Part shown: one piece after another, positions 1-9,823 of the stretch | Layout of the letters: each line of letters begins with the position of its first letter | Numbering within the stretch: the stretch's first letter is position 1 | NCBI GenBank assembly: GCA_002311855.1 | Contig: DCAB01000012.1 | Coordinates: 196,112-260,111 of the forward strand | DNA from: Candidatus Dadabacteria bacterium UBA1144 | Lineage (GTDB): Bacteria > Desulfobacterota_D > UBA1144 | Direction: 5' to 3' | Length of the DNA: 64,000 nt | Notes under the pieces: generated by a model | Databases searched by the model: none | What the model was told of the DNA's origin: nothing | What the model saw: the letters and a program-made list of their open reading frames with translations, nothing else | Translations under genes and position numbers: made by a program

Positions 1-1184
1 AGGTTTTCATCTTTAATGCTTTGTATTAATTTATCGACAATTACAAATTTTTCATTCTCCGCGAAATCTATCCTAATCTCAGGTGTTGAATACATTTTTG
101 GAATATCTTTTAACATATTACTTATAGAGTCTTTTTGATTAGAAATTATTTCTATTAATCTGAGAGCCGCGTATAATGCATCATCATATCCATGGTGCCT
201 ATCAGAAAAGAATATATGGCCACTTAATTCTCCAGCAAGTGGTGCTTTTTCTTCTTTTATTTTTCTTTTAATATTCGAATGGCCCGTTTTCCACATTATG
301 GGTATACCACCATTTCGCCTAATATCATCAAATAAGTTTTTGGAACACTTTACTTCTCCTATTATCTTAGCTCCTGGGTTCTCTTTAACGACCGATCTCG
401 CCAGAAGGAGCAAAATCATATCGGAATATATCAAGACTCCTTTCTCGTTTATCACGCCTAGTCTGTCGGCATCCCCATCAAAAGCGATTCCAATATCTAA
501 TTTTTCTTCCTTTACCAGATTTATTAAATCCCTTAAATTATCCTCTACCGATGGGTCAGGATGATGGTTTGGGAAATTTCCATCTGGTTCAGGAAAAAGT
601 TCAAAAACTTCACATCCTGCTGATGTTAGAACATCTTTTGCAAAAAGACCTACAGGGGTATTAGCACAATCTACACCGACTCTTAGCTTTCTAGAAATTT
701 TTATGTTTTTGACAATGTCAGCCATATAGAGTTCGTAAATATCAAATTTTACTATTTGCCCTTTTGTTTCTGAAATTCTAAAAGACCTCCCAATAATTTT
801 ATCTTTAAGATCTTGAATTTGTTTAGATGAAAGTACATCCTTTCCGATAGCCGCTTTAAAGCCATTATAATTGGGAGGATTATGGCTTGCCGTAATCATT
901 ATTCCCCCATCAACATCTAAGCCGTATAATGAAAAATACAGAACCGGGGTAGTGACCAGTCCTAAATCTATAATATCAACTCCTGTTCTAATTATCCCTT
1001 TTGACAATGAGTCAAAAATCCAATCCGAACTTTTTCTACAGTCTCTTCCAATAGATATTTTTTTAAGTCCATTTTCTATAATCATTGATCCAAACGACAA
1101 GCCAATCATCTCTACAACTTCATGGTTCAAATCCTTACCCGCTATTCCCCTGATATCATATTCTCTAAATATTGAATTATTCAA
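1..1184 (-). CDS. phosphomannomutase/phosphoglucomutase (alpha-D-phosphohexomutase), 3' end truncated by window edge; start codon uncertain (possible TTG)
   Basis: Minus-strand translation gives NNSIFREYDIRGIAGKDLN near the N-terminus, the active-site loop GIMITASHNPPNYNGFK and the Mg site FDGDADR. It is not in the ORF track because it runs off the window. The plus-strand ORFs 298..564 and 871..1203 are its antisense. Confidence 0.8.
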   Translation of the reverse strand, partial: MNNSIFREYDIRGIAGKDLNHEVVEMIGLSFGSMIIENGLKKISIGRDCRKSSDWIFDSLSKGIIRTGVDIIDLGLVTTPVLYFSLYGLDVDGGIMITASHNPPNYNGFKAAIGKDVLSSKQIQDLKDKIIGRSFRISETKGQIVKFDIYELYMADIVKNIKISRKLRVGVDCANTPVGLFAKDVLTSAGCEVFELFPEPDGNFPNHHPDPSVEDNLRDLINLVKEEKLDIGIAFDGDADRLGVINEKGVLIYSDMILLLLARSVVKENPGAKIIGEVKCSKNLFDDIRRNGGIPIMWKTGHSNIKRKIKEEKAPLAGELSGHIFFSDRHHGYDDALYAALRLIEIISNQKDSISNMLKDIPKMYSTPEIRIDFAENEKFVIVDKLIQSIKDEN

Positions 1185-1243
1185 GGTGCACCAAATTAAA
1201 TAAACTTTGACAAAAGTTTTCAGTAATAATATATTGAATTTAC

Positions 1244-2725
1244 ATGATTTCTTTGAGTTTAGAAAATTTTAAAAGAGAATTGAAAGGTGCAAATTTAATA
1301 CCAATCTTTAAGGAAATCGAGCTAGATTATGATAATCCTCTATCAATCCTAAAAAAAATTAGCAAAAATAAGTATTGTTTTTTATTAGAAAGCTCTAGTG
1401 GTTCAGAAAAATGGTCCAGATTTAGCTTCATGGGGTTTAATCCGAAAATGATTTTTAGCTCGTATGATGAGAAGATTAAAATCATACATAATGGAAAGAA
1501 AGAAAAACAAGAATACGGTAATCCATTAGAGAAACTAAGGGCAATAATGTCTCAATTTAAAGCTGCTAAAGTTAAAAATTTGCCTAGATTTTATGGTGGC
1601 TTGGTAGGATTTTTTTCTTATGAGATAATAAGCCAGATTGAAAATCTTCCAAAGCCTCGGTACTACGATACAAAATTCCCCGATTGTTGCTTTATGCTAA
1701 CCGATTCTGTTGTTATCTTTGATAATATTTCTAAATCTGCAAAGATTGTCATTAATGTTCATATAAAGAATAAGAACAATTACAAAAAATATTATAACGA
1801 TGCTCTGAAAAATATTAATAAAATTGAAAAGCTATTAAAATCTTCTATTCAAAATCCATATCAAGAAAAAAAGGTTAAAAATAATGCCAAATACAATATC
1901 GAATCTAATTTTAAGCGTAGTGATTTTCTTAAATCAGTAAAAAAAATAAAAAAATATATTAAACAAGGGGATGTAATTCAAACTGTTATTTCTCAAAGGT
2001 GGTCCACCATCTATGAAGGAAATCCTATAAATCTCTATAGGGCTTTGCGGTTATTAAATCCATCACCTTATATGTTTTATATAAAAATGGATAAATCATA
2101 TATAATAGGGGCTTCTCCTGAAGTACTTGTCAGAGTTGAGAATAATCAAGTTGAATCTAGACCAATCGCAGGAACGAGGCCACGGGGGACAGACGAATTA
2201 CAGGATAAATTCTACGAAAAAGATCTATTAGCCGATCCTAAAGAATTAGCCGAACATATCATGTTAGTTGATCTGGCAAGAAACGATATTAGTAAAGTGT
2301 GTAACTTTGGTAGCGTAGAAGTTAGTGAAATGATGACAATTGAGCGATACTCCCATGTTATGCATATTGTTTCACACGTTAAAGGGCGATTGAAAGCGAA
2401 TAAAGATGCATTTGATGTTTTTAAGGCCTGTTTTCCTGCCGGCACATTGTCTGGAGCACCCAAAATTAGAGCAATGGAAATAATCAATGAACTGGAGCCT
2501 AATTCAAGAGGTCCATATGGTGGATCCGTTGGATACTTTGGTTTTTCAGGGAATATGGATATGAGTATAACTATTAGATCCTTTCATTTAGAGCATAAAA
2601 AATTATATTTTCAGGCTGGGGCTGGTATTGTTGCAGATTCCAAGCCTATCAATGAATTTTATGAAACAAAAAATAAATCACAAGCTATGCTTAATGCCAT
2701 TAAAAAAAGTGATATGAGTAGTTAA
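1244..2725 (+). CDS. trpE: anthranilate synthase component I (chorismate-binding enzyme; TrpE-type rather than PabB)
   Basis: 493 aa with an LLESSSGSEKWSRFSF allosteric-type N-terminal motif and a C-terminal chorismate-binding domain (GAGIVADS, SRGPYGG). It is followed immediately by an amidotransferase. Confidence 0.75.
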   Translation: MISLSLENFKRELKGANLIPIFKEIELDYDNPLSILKKISKNKYCFLLESSSGSEKWSRFSFMGFNPKMIFSSYDEKIKIIHNGKKEKQEYGNPLEKLRAIMSQFKAAKVKNLPRFYGGLVGFFSYEIISQIENLPKPRYYDTKFPDCCFMLTDSVVIFDNISKSAKIVINVHIKNKNNYKKYYNDALKNINKIEKLLKSSIQNPYQEKKVKNNAKYNIESNFKRSDFLKSVKKIKKYIKQGDVIQTVISQRWSTIYEGNPINLYRALRLLNPSPYMFYIKMDKSYIIGASPEVLVRVENNQVESRPIAGTRPRGTDELQDKFYEKDLLADPKELAEHIMLVDLARNDISKVCNFGSVEVSEMMTIERYSHVMHIVSHVKGRLKANKDAFDVFKACFPAGTLSGAPKIRAMEIINELEPNSRGPYGGSVGYFGFSGNMDMSITIRSFHLEHKKLYFQAGAGIVADSKPINEFYETKNKSQAMLNAIKKSDMSS

Positions 2726-2727
2726 AA

Positions 2728-3300
2728 ATGAAAAAGAAAGTTTTAATGATAGATAACTATGATTCTTTTACCTACAACTTGGTTCATTATATAGAAGAAT
2801 TGGGCACCAAAGTTATAGTAAAAAGGAATGATGAGATAGAAATAAAACAAATAAAAAAAATTAATCCCGATATTATATTTATCTCACCTGGTCCTTGTAC
2901 ACCGAAAGAGGCAGGAATTTCTGTCGATCTAATAAAAGTTTTTTCAGGGGAAATTCCCATTTTTGGCGTATGTTTAGGTCATCAATCAATAGCTTATGCA
3001 TTTGGTTCGAAAATTATAAAAGCAAAATCTTTAGTCCACGGAAAGACTTCCAACATTTACCATAACGAAAAAGGTATTTATAAGAATCTTCCAAATCCTT
3101 TTAAGGCAACTCGATACCATTCTTTAATTGTTGATAAGAAAACTTTACCAAACGATTTTATCATTACATCAAAAACTCAGGATGGAACAATAATGGGGAT
3201 AAAACACAAAAAATTAGACTTAGAGGGAGTTCAGTTTCACCCAGAATCAATTCTTACTAAGGAAGGGAAGAATCTTATAAAAAACATCATTAAGAATTAA
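2728..3300 (+). CDS. trpG: glutamine amidotransferase class I, anthranilate/aminodeoxychorismate synthase component II
   Basis: 190 aa: MIDNYDSFTYNL, catalytic GVCLGHQ, and the His of HPES. There is a 2-nt gap after trpE. Confidence 0.85.
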   Translation: MKKKVLMIDNYDSFTYNLVHYIEELGTKVIVKRNDEIEIKQIKKINPDIIFISPGPCTPKEAGISVDLIKVFSGEIPIFGVCLGHQSIAYAFGSKIIKAKSLVHGKTSNIYHNEKGIYKNLPNPFKATRYHSLIVDKKTLPNDFIITSKTQDGTIMGIKHKKLDLEGVQFHPESILTKEGKNLIKNIIKN

Positions 3301-3302
3301 TT

Positions 3303-3722
3303 ATGACTAAAGACGAGATAAAAAAATTTATCAATCTTGCGTTTCTTGAAGCTCAGAAGGCATTGGACATTGGTGAAGTACCAATAGGATCGATAATAAT
3401 CAACAAAAATAAAAAGATTGTTGGTAGAGGTTACAACAAAACAGAAAAACTCTCAGACCCCACAGCTCATGCTGAAATAATTGCCATACGATCCGCGACA
3501 AAAAGAATAAAAGATTGGAGACTTGATAATCATATTATTTTTACAACAATCCAGCCATGTGAAATGTGTATGAGTGCAATTATTGAAGCAAGGATGCAAC
3601 AAGTTTTCTATGGTTCAAAAAACACCAAGAGAAGGAATAAGACCAAACAAATCAAATCTCGACTATCACGAAATCTCAAATGCGAAGATTTATTAAAAAA
3701 ATTTTTCAAAAGCTTAAGATAA
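3303..3722 (+). CDS. tadA: tRNA-specific adenosine deaminase
   Basis: 139 aa with the CDA zinc motifs HAEIIAIR and PCEMC. Confidence 0.85.
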   Translation: MTKDEIKKFINLAFLEAQKALDIGEVPIGSIIINKNKKIVGRGYNKTEKLSDPTAHAEIIAIRSATKRIKDWRLDNHIIFTTIQPCEMCMSAIIEARMQQVFYGSKNTKRRNKTKQIKSRLSRNLKCEDLLKKFFKSLR

Positions 3723-4400
3723 ATTTGTATCTAGTTTTTTTGGGAATATAGTTATTTTCTTTAAATGACCATATTCTTTGGTTGTATAAGTAACTTCATT
3801 ATTTTGCTCTATAATCAAATAAGAAATTCTTCTCTCATATGAGTTCATTGGATTTAGGCTTAATGGTCGATTAATGGAAACAACTTTCTCAACCATAGAT
3901 TGAACTTTTTCCTTAAGTTGATCATTCTTTCTTTCTCTGTAGGAGTTTATATCTATTCCAACCAACACACTTTGTGATTGTTGTTTACTCGCAATTCTGG
4001 AAAGTAAAAATTCTAAATTTTTGATCATATCTCCCTTCTTACCAATAAGAAATCCTAAATCAGCACTGCTTTTCATTTTTAATAATATGTTTCTATTTTG
4101 AACTTCTACTTCTATTTCGCTTTCTTCTACAAAATGATCAACAATGTGTCGAAAAATCTTTTCAATTTTCTCTGTATCCATAGGAACAGCATCCAATTCA
4201 TTTTTTTGAATGTCATTATTCCCGGATTCTACATCCCTGACCTTAATAATAGCGTTTCTGCTACCAATACCTAATACCCCCGAAGACCCTTCCCGTATTA
4301 CTTCAAAATTCAATTCATCTCTAGTAATACCAAGCTCTTTGCAAGCTTCTATAGTTGCGTCTGTTACAGTTTTTCCCTCAAATTCTCTTTCTATTGACAT
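3714..4400 (-). CDS. jag: Jag/KhpB RNA-binding protein (KH + R3H domains)
   Basis: 228 aa; conserved N-terminal Jag_N region and a C-terminal KH/R3H region, directly downstream of yidC as in the rpmH-rnpA-yidC-jag cluster. Confidence 0.75.
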   Translation of the reverse strand: MSIEREFEGKTVTDATIEACKELGITRDELNFEVIREGSSGVLGIGSRNAIIKVRDVESGNNDIQKNELDAVPMDTEKIEKIFRHIVDHFVEESEIEVEVQNRNILLKMKSSADLGFLIGKKGDMIKNLEFLLSRIASKQQSQSVLVGIDINSYRERKNDQLKEKVQSMVEKVVSINRPLSLNPMNSYERRISYLIIEQNNEVTYTTKEYGHLKKITIFPKKLDTNLS

Positions 4401-4403
4401 AAT

Positions 4404-6044
4404 TTATGCTCCTTGCATTTTATTGAATTTATTATTTATATATAATTGTTGAAAAATAGAAATTACATTACTTACAGTCCAATAAAGGATTAAGCCTGAG
4501 GGCAATCCCCAAAACATTACCGTAAATATAATTGGCATATATTGAAACATCTTAGTTTGAAACTCGTCAGCTCCGGGGTTGGGAGGAGTTAGTTTCTGAG
4601 TTAAAAACCATGAGGCACCCATTAAAAGAGGTAGAACTCTAAAAGGAATTCCAATACCAGGAATATCAAATAAGTTCTCAGGTGATGATAAATCTGACAT
4701 CCAAAGGAACGCTGTATGTCTCAGATCTATTGAATACAGTAATACATAGTAAAGTGCTACGAATACTGGTAGTTGAATCAACATGGGGAGGCATCCACTA
4801 AGGCTTGAAAGGGGGTTCATACCTTCTTTTGAGTAAACTTTCATCGTTTCACTATTTTGAGTTGTTTTGTCATCTTTGTATTTTTCTTTAATCGCATCTA
4901 TCTGGGGTTTAATAATCGCCATTTTGGCTTGCATCTTTTTCATTGACATCATACTTTTAACAGTAAGTGGCAAAAACAACAATCTTATTAAGATTGTGAT
5001 AAAAATTATTGATAACCCATAATTATTTATAAATTTGTTTGAAAATTTTAAAAGTTGTTCAAGAGGTACCGCTAGCCACTCGACCCATCCAAGATCTTGT
5101 GCCTTTTCAAAATTGTTTCCGAATTTTTTTAATATCCCTCTATCTTTTGGTCCGAGAAAAATTGTTGAAGAAATCGTGTACTGAGAGCCTGGTTTGAGAT
5201 TAATTCCTCTATAACTTAGAACCGATCTCATATAATTTTTCGAACTCTTACCGTATTTAAGTGTTTTGTCGCCTTCTAAATTAATAATATTGAAAGCTAA
5301 AAAATACTTCTTAGCAAAGCCGTACCAGTTTATACCCCCTATTATTTTTTCCGCTTCCGACGGGTTAGAATCTACGCTTTCCATTTCATCGTCCACATAA
5401 TAATTAAATAGTGAATATTCTTTTTGTTTTATTAAACCGATTGATTCTTCAAAAACTCTAAATTTTAAGTTTGTGTTTGAATTATTTGTAACAATAATTC
5501 TTTGTTCAATACCATGAGAGTCCGGTTTGAATAAATAATTCTTTTCCAATTTTATATCTCCAATTTTAGATATTAATGAAATACTCTTTTCCCGACTAGA
5601 TACAACTATATTGTTCGTATTGGGAACAAATTTTATATCTTTTGGGATTTCAACATCTTTTGCTTTAATTATCGTATTAGATAAGAACTCTCTTTTTTGG
5701 AGAAGTTTAACAAAAAAAGTAGATTCCGGATCCTCAAAATAGGTTTTTAAATTAACATCTAAAATCTTCCCACCTATTGTAGAAATTTTTCCCTCATACA
5801 AAGGGGTTGAAAACGAAACGTACCGTTCGTAGCTTAATCTTTCTTCGTCTAATATATTTTCTTCCGGAAGGGCGTATGATTCTTCTTCAACGGAAAACTC
5901 CTCGTCAACTTTTTCCTGAGTTATGGCTCTATCGTCCTTAGTTTTCGAACTTAACTTATCATCTTTTGGGGGGACAATAAAAAACTGGCTAACAACAATA
6001 ACGAGAAAGGCACCTATTAAAAAAGTAACGTAATTTCTATTCAT
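4404..6044 (-). CDS. yidC: membrane protein insertase YidC
   Basis: 546 aa with an N-terminal TM segment, a large periplasmic domain and a C-terminal 5-TM 60-kDa insertase core (LPMLIQLPVFVALYYVL). Confidence 0.9.
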   Translation of the reverse strand: MNRNYVTFLIGAFLVIVVSQFFIVPPKDDKLSSKTKDDRAITQEKVDEEFSVEEESYALPEENILDEERLSYERYVSFSTPLYEGKISTIGGKILDVNLKTYFEDPESTFFVKLLQKREFLSNTIIKAKDVEIPKDIKFVPNTNNIVVSSREKSISLISKIGDIKLEKNYLFKPDSHGIEQRIIVTNNSNTNLKFRVFEESIGLIKQKEYSLFNYYVDDEMESVDSNPSEAEKIIGGINWYGFAKKYFLAFNIINLEGDKTLKYGKSSKNYMRSVLSYRGINLKPGSQYTISSTIFLGPKDRGILKKFGNNFEKAQDLGWVEWLAVPLEQLLKFSNKFINNYGLSIIFITILIRLLFLPLTVKSMMSMKKMQAKMAIIKPQIDAIKEKYKDDKTTQNSETMKVYSKEGMNPLSSLSGCLPMLIQLPVFVALYYVLLYSIDLRHTAFLWMSDLSSPENLFDIPGIGIPFRVLPLLMGASWFLTQKLTPPNPGADEFQTKMFQYMPIIFTVMFWGLPSGLILYWTVSNVISIFQQLYINNKFNKMQGA

Positions 6045-6277
6045 TTCTTGTCCCCAATGGGAACTTTATCTATGCCAGCTTCAAATAATGGATTGCACTT
6101 AAAAATCCTAATTAAGGCAAGTCTCAATCCCTTAAATGGGCCATGAATACTAATTGCTTCTATAGCATATTGAGAGCAACTTGGGTGAAACCTACAAGCC
6201 GGTGGCAACACTCTCGAAAAGGATAATCTGTAAACTTTTATAAATGATATCAGAATTGACTGAACTATTGTTCCCAT
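6041..6277 (-). CDS. yidD: membrane protein insertion efficiency factor YidD
   Basis: 78 aa with CRFHPSCSQYAIEAI..HG..KG..L...RI.KCNP; 4-nt overlap with yidC. Confidence 0.85.
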   Translation of the reverse strand: MGTIVQSILISFIKVYRLSFSRVLPPACRFHPSCSQYAIEAISIHGPFKGLRLALIRIFKCNPLFEAGIDKVPIGDKK

Positions 6278-6612
6278 TTAGTAATATGCTTTCTTATTAA
6301 TGAAAGCTCTTTTCGTATCCTATTGAAGTCTAAGTCTAAAATGTTTTTATTTGCTAAAAAAATGACTTCTTTATTTTTTAAACTTTTAAAATCTAATCTA
6401 AAAACCTCTTTGATTCTTCGTCTATACTTGTTCCTTACCACAGCCAGGTTGCTAATTTTTTTAGATATTATAACACCTGGTTTCGAGCTTGAAATATTTT
6501 TATTTTCAACAACAATAACATCCATCCCCTTGACTTTAAATCTTTTCCCCATTTTTAGTTTTTTTTTGAAGCTAATCTTGTTACCTTTGGGAATATATTT
6601 AAGTAAGTTCAT
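6265..6612 (-). CDS. rnpA: ribonuclease P protein component
   Basis: 115 aa basic protein. Its start overlaps the rpmH stop (ATGA) and its end overlaps yidD. Confidence 0.8.
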   Translation of the reverse strand: MNLLKYIPKGNKISFKKKLKMGKRFKVKGMDVIVVENKNISSSKPGVIISKKISNLAVVRNKYRRRIKEVFRLDFKSLKNKEVIFLANKNILDLDFNRIRKELSLIRKHITKWEQ

Positions 6613-6758
6613 TTAGAATAGCGTGAAACAGTCAGGTTCGCTCTGCCTTTTGCTCTTCTTTGGGCTAAAATCTTTCTTCCCGCCTTAGTCTCTTTTCTTA
6701 ATCTAAAGCCATGAGTTCTAACTCTTTTTTTTTCACTAGGCTGGTAAGTTCGTTTCAT
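6609..6758 (-). CDS. rpmH: 50S ribosomal protein L34
   Basis: Not in the ORF track (49 aa). The minus-strand translation is [49 protein letters not shown], and its stop overlaps the rnpA start. Confidence 0.9.
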   Translation of the reverse strand: MKRTYQPSEKKRVRTHGFRLRKETKAGRKILAQRRAKGRANLTVSRYSK

Positions 6759-6800
6759 AAAGGCTTAAATCTAACATCAAATATATAAAAATCAATCAAT

Positions 6801-7598
6801 TCACTGTAGGTCGCTAGGAACGATTTTCTTTGAGTCGGAAAATTGCCGCGTACTTAAACATTTTTGAGAAATTTCATTCCATTTTTGTTTATATATTTTT
6901 AAATTCGTATAGGCCTCATCGTATTTATTTGCTCCAATAAGATTAATAAATTCCCATAGATCTCTAACAGAGTTTTCGTTTTTTAAGGCAAACTGATGAA
7001 TTACACTATTCAACTCAGCATAATTAAGGACTAAAATATTGTCTTCTGGGAAATTCGAAATCCAGATAGAAATCTCTGAAATACCAAAAGATAATTCTTC
7101 CATAAAGATTTTTAATTCTTTTGAAATATTATTATCTTGTAGACTTTCTAAAATCTTTTGTACTTCCTGTAGCCTTTTTTTAGAATTGGCTAAATTAGTA
7201 TTGTAAAAAATTCCAGCTGGTTGAACAGCGCCATCACCAGCATGAGAATATAAAAACCTTTTTTCAGAATCATCGAAAAGAAGAAACCATTCGGGAAGAA
7301 TAAAATTTTCGTGTTCTAAAATATATTCATTAGAATTGACCCCGAGTGGAACAAGATAATACCGGCCGTTTTCGTGTTTTGTGAAAAGACAATCTTCGAT
7401 TTGACTAATTTCTATTTCAAGATATTTGGAAAGAGATTCTTTATATTCCTCATACTCTCTACCATAAAAAATGCTCCGCGATGTGGCAGGACCATCCCAA
7501 TAAAGCTCATGAAATTTTATGTATCTCTCCCAATAGGATTTATTTTCCTCGATATAATCAAGACCGCGATAAAGAATTAAAGCCGATTTTTTAGACAT
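6801..7598 (-). CDS. hypothetical protein (265 aa), no recognisable motif
   Basis: Long clean ORF co-directional with and tightly spaced between ilvB and rpmH. The translation is acidic and Tyr/Glu-rich (HAGDGAVQPAGIFYNT) and I recognise no family. Confidence 0.5.
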   Translation of the reverse strand: MSKKSALILYRGLDYIEENKSYWERYIKFHELYWDGPATSRSIFYGREYEEYKESLSKYLEIEISQIEDCLFTKHENGRYYLVPLGVNSNEYILEHENFILPEWFLLFDDSEKRFLYSHAGDGAVQPAGIFYNTNLANSKKRLQEVQKILESLQDNNISKELKIFMEELSFGISEISIWISNFPEDNILVLNYAELNSVIHQFALKNENSVRDLWEFINLIGANKYDEAYTNLKIYKQKWNEISQKCLSTRQFSDSKKIVPSDLQ

Positions 7599-7629
7599 GA
7601 ATCCAATTTACCAGAAAAGATTTTTTTAT

Positions 7630-9369
7630 CTAGGCCATATCCGGAACGGGCCCATCAGGTACTTGGTCTTCAGGGCTGAGTAACATTTCATCCATGGTTC
7701 CTCCTGGACTTAGCATTGGGTAAACCATTTCAGTAGGGTCAACTATTACTTCCATGAGTACAACACCTTTGGTAGATAGCCCTTCTCTAAAAGACGCCTC
7801 CAAATCTTTCGGAGAATCAATCCTAAAAGCTTTTGCTCCATACGATTGAGCAAGTTTTACATAATCAGGACTTAATTCAAACTCAGAACACGAGTAATTA
7901 CTTTCGAAAAAGAGCGTTTGCCATTGTCTAACCATTCCATGGGCTCCGTTATTAATTAAAATTATTTTTAAATCTAAATTGTTTCCTACCGCGGTAGAAA
8001 ATTCCTGCATATTCATTTGGAAGCTTCCGTCTCCACATATAGCTAAAACCCTTTCGTTTGGTCTTCCAAGTTTAGCACCTATGGCGGCTGGGAACCCAAA
8101 GCCCATAGTGCCAAGGCCTCCGGACGTTATCTGGTTTCTTGGACTTTTAAATCGATAGTATTGCGCTACCCACATTTGGTGTTGACCAACATCAGTAACA
8201 ACAACGTCTTTTCCGTCAGTTATTTTTGATATGATATCAACAGCATAGCTAGTTTGTATCATTTTACCTTTTTGAATAGCGACCGTAGGGTGTTCGTTCT
8301 CCCATTGATTAATTTGATCAAACCAATCATCCCTTGCGATTTTATCCGGCTTGAAATTTGGTGGAATTAAAGAATCAATTTGTTCAATGACCGTTTTAGC
8401 ATCTCCCACAATAGGGCAATGTACTTTTATGTTTTTATTCAGTGTTGATGGGTCAATATCTATATGGATAACATTTGCGTTAGGAGCAAATTTGTCGAAG
8501 ACTCCACCAGTAGATCTGTCATCAAATCTGGCGCCAATGGATATAACCAAATCACTATGATGAACAGCCATATTAGCAAAATAAAAACCATGCATTCCAA
8601 TCCAACCAACCCTCATTGGGTCATCAGGAGGATAACCCCCTAACCCCATTAAAGTAAGAGTCACAGGAATCTTAAGTCTATTCGCAAATTTTTGTAAAGC
8701 TTTGGTAGCATTTGAAATTACAATTCCCCCACCACCAAAAACAATTGGTCTTTTTGAATTCATGATTAATTTAACGGCTTTATTAACATCTTTGCTGGGT
8801 CCTTTTGTTGGAACTTTATAGCCAGCAACCTTTTTTATTTCTGGAAAACTAAATTTGCATTCTGAATCTAAAACATTTTTTGAGATATCAACAAGAATTG
8901 TTCCGGGTCTTCCGGAAGTAGCTAAATACAAAGCCTCCCTAATGGTTCTGGAAAGATCGGAAATTTTTCGAACCAAAAAATTATGCTTGGTGCAAGACCT
9001 AGAGAGTCCTACATGGTCAATCTGATTAAAAATATTTGTTAAATGCCTACTTTCACTAAAATGGCAAACAAAAACAACCAAGGGTGCCGAATCCATATTG
9101 GCGGTTTGAAGACCGGTGATAGTACTTGTTCCACTAGTATCTGAGTCACATATTACAACCCCAGGATTCCCAGTTGCTCTTGCGTAACCATCAGCTATAT
9201 GAGTTGCACCTTGCTCATTCCCAGAAACAATTTTTTTTAAAAAATTGGATTTAGAAAATTTTTCCTTGTAAATCTTATCGGCAAATTCTCCAAATCGATT
9301 TAGTGGGGTAAAAATGTAATCTACTTTTTCTTTTTCAAGTGTTTTAAAAAAAATCTCCGCGCCCTGCAT
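7630..9369 (-). CDS. ilvB: acetolactate synthase large subunit (ThDP-dependent)
   Basis: 579 aa with TPP-enzyme N, central and C-terminal domains (GGGIVISNATKAL, GLGTMGFGFPAAIGAKLG). No small subunit follows; the 265-aa orphan does instead. Confidence 0.9.
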   Translation of the reverse strand: MQGAEIFFKTLEKEKVDYIFTPLNRFGEFADKIYKEKFSKSNFLKKIVSGNEQGATHIADGYARATGNPGVVICDSDTSGTSTITGLQTANMDSAPLVVFVCHFSESRHLTNIFNQIDHVGLSRSCTKHNFLVRKISDLSRTIREALYLATSGRPGTILVDISKNVLDSECKFSFPEIKKVAGYKVPTKGPSKDVNKAVKLIMNSKRPIVFGGGGIVISNATKALQKFANRLKIPVTLTLMGLGGYPPDDPMRVGWIGMHGFYFANMAVHHSDLVISIGARFDDRSTGGVFDKFAPNANVIHIDIDPSTLNKNIKVHCPIVGDAKTVIEQIDSLIPPNFKPDKIARDDWFDQINQWENEHPTVAIQKGKMIQTSYAVDIISKITDGKDVVVTDVGQHQMWVAQYYRFKSPRNQITSGGLGTMGFGFPAAIGAKLGRPNERVLAICGDGSFQMNMQEFSTAVGNNLDLKIILINNGAHGMVRQWQTLFFESNYSCSEFELSPDYVKLAQSYGAKAFRIDSPKDLEASFREGLSTKGVVLMEVIVDPTEMVYPMLSPGGTMDEMLLSPEDQVPDGPVPDMA

Positions 9370-9701
9370 TTCTTAATTCTAAATTAATTATCAATAAAAT
9401 AAAACTCAATATTTTTAATTTGACCCCTTTTGTTTTTTAATTAATATGATAGTAGTGTCACCTATTATTATTCAGAATTGTCCGTGCGATGATAAAAGAA
9501 GAATTTATATAAGTATTCCAAGAGAAATCTATTTTAATGAAAGAATATCGAGCAACGAATGGCAACTGGAGTATTCAAAAAGAGTGAGGGAGGAAAAACA
9601 TAGATTCTATAAAGAAAATGTTATCTCATCCGGTGAACAGTGGGCAGAATACGACAATAAACCAATTAAATGTGATAAATGTGGAAAAACGATACACATA
9701 T

Positions 9702-9732
9702 AAAAAAAGAGAGGCACTGCTAAATACCTCTC
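9702..9732 (-). terminator. rho-independent terminator candidate downstream of leuA
   Basis: On the minus strand a hairpin GAGAGG-12 nt-CCTCTC (9709-9732) is followed by a TTTTTTT run (9702-9708), 90 bp past the leuA stop. Confidence 0.45.
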
Positions 9733-9823
9733 AGAGTGTTCACAGGGATGTTTCCATCCTAACTACGCCTATTGATTGTAACACATTAGAGTTTTCAATT
9801 TCAACAATTTTTTAACAATTTTT

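Noticed and set aside
298-1203. Plus-strand ORFs 298..564 and 871..1203 from the ORF track
   Set aside because: They lie antisense to a clearly recognisable phosphohexomutase gene on the minus strand (GIMITASHNPP, FDGDADR motifs) and have low-complexity translations.
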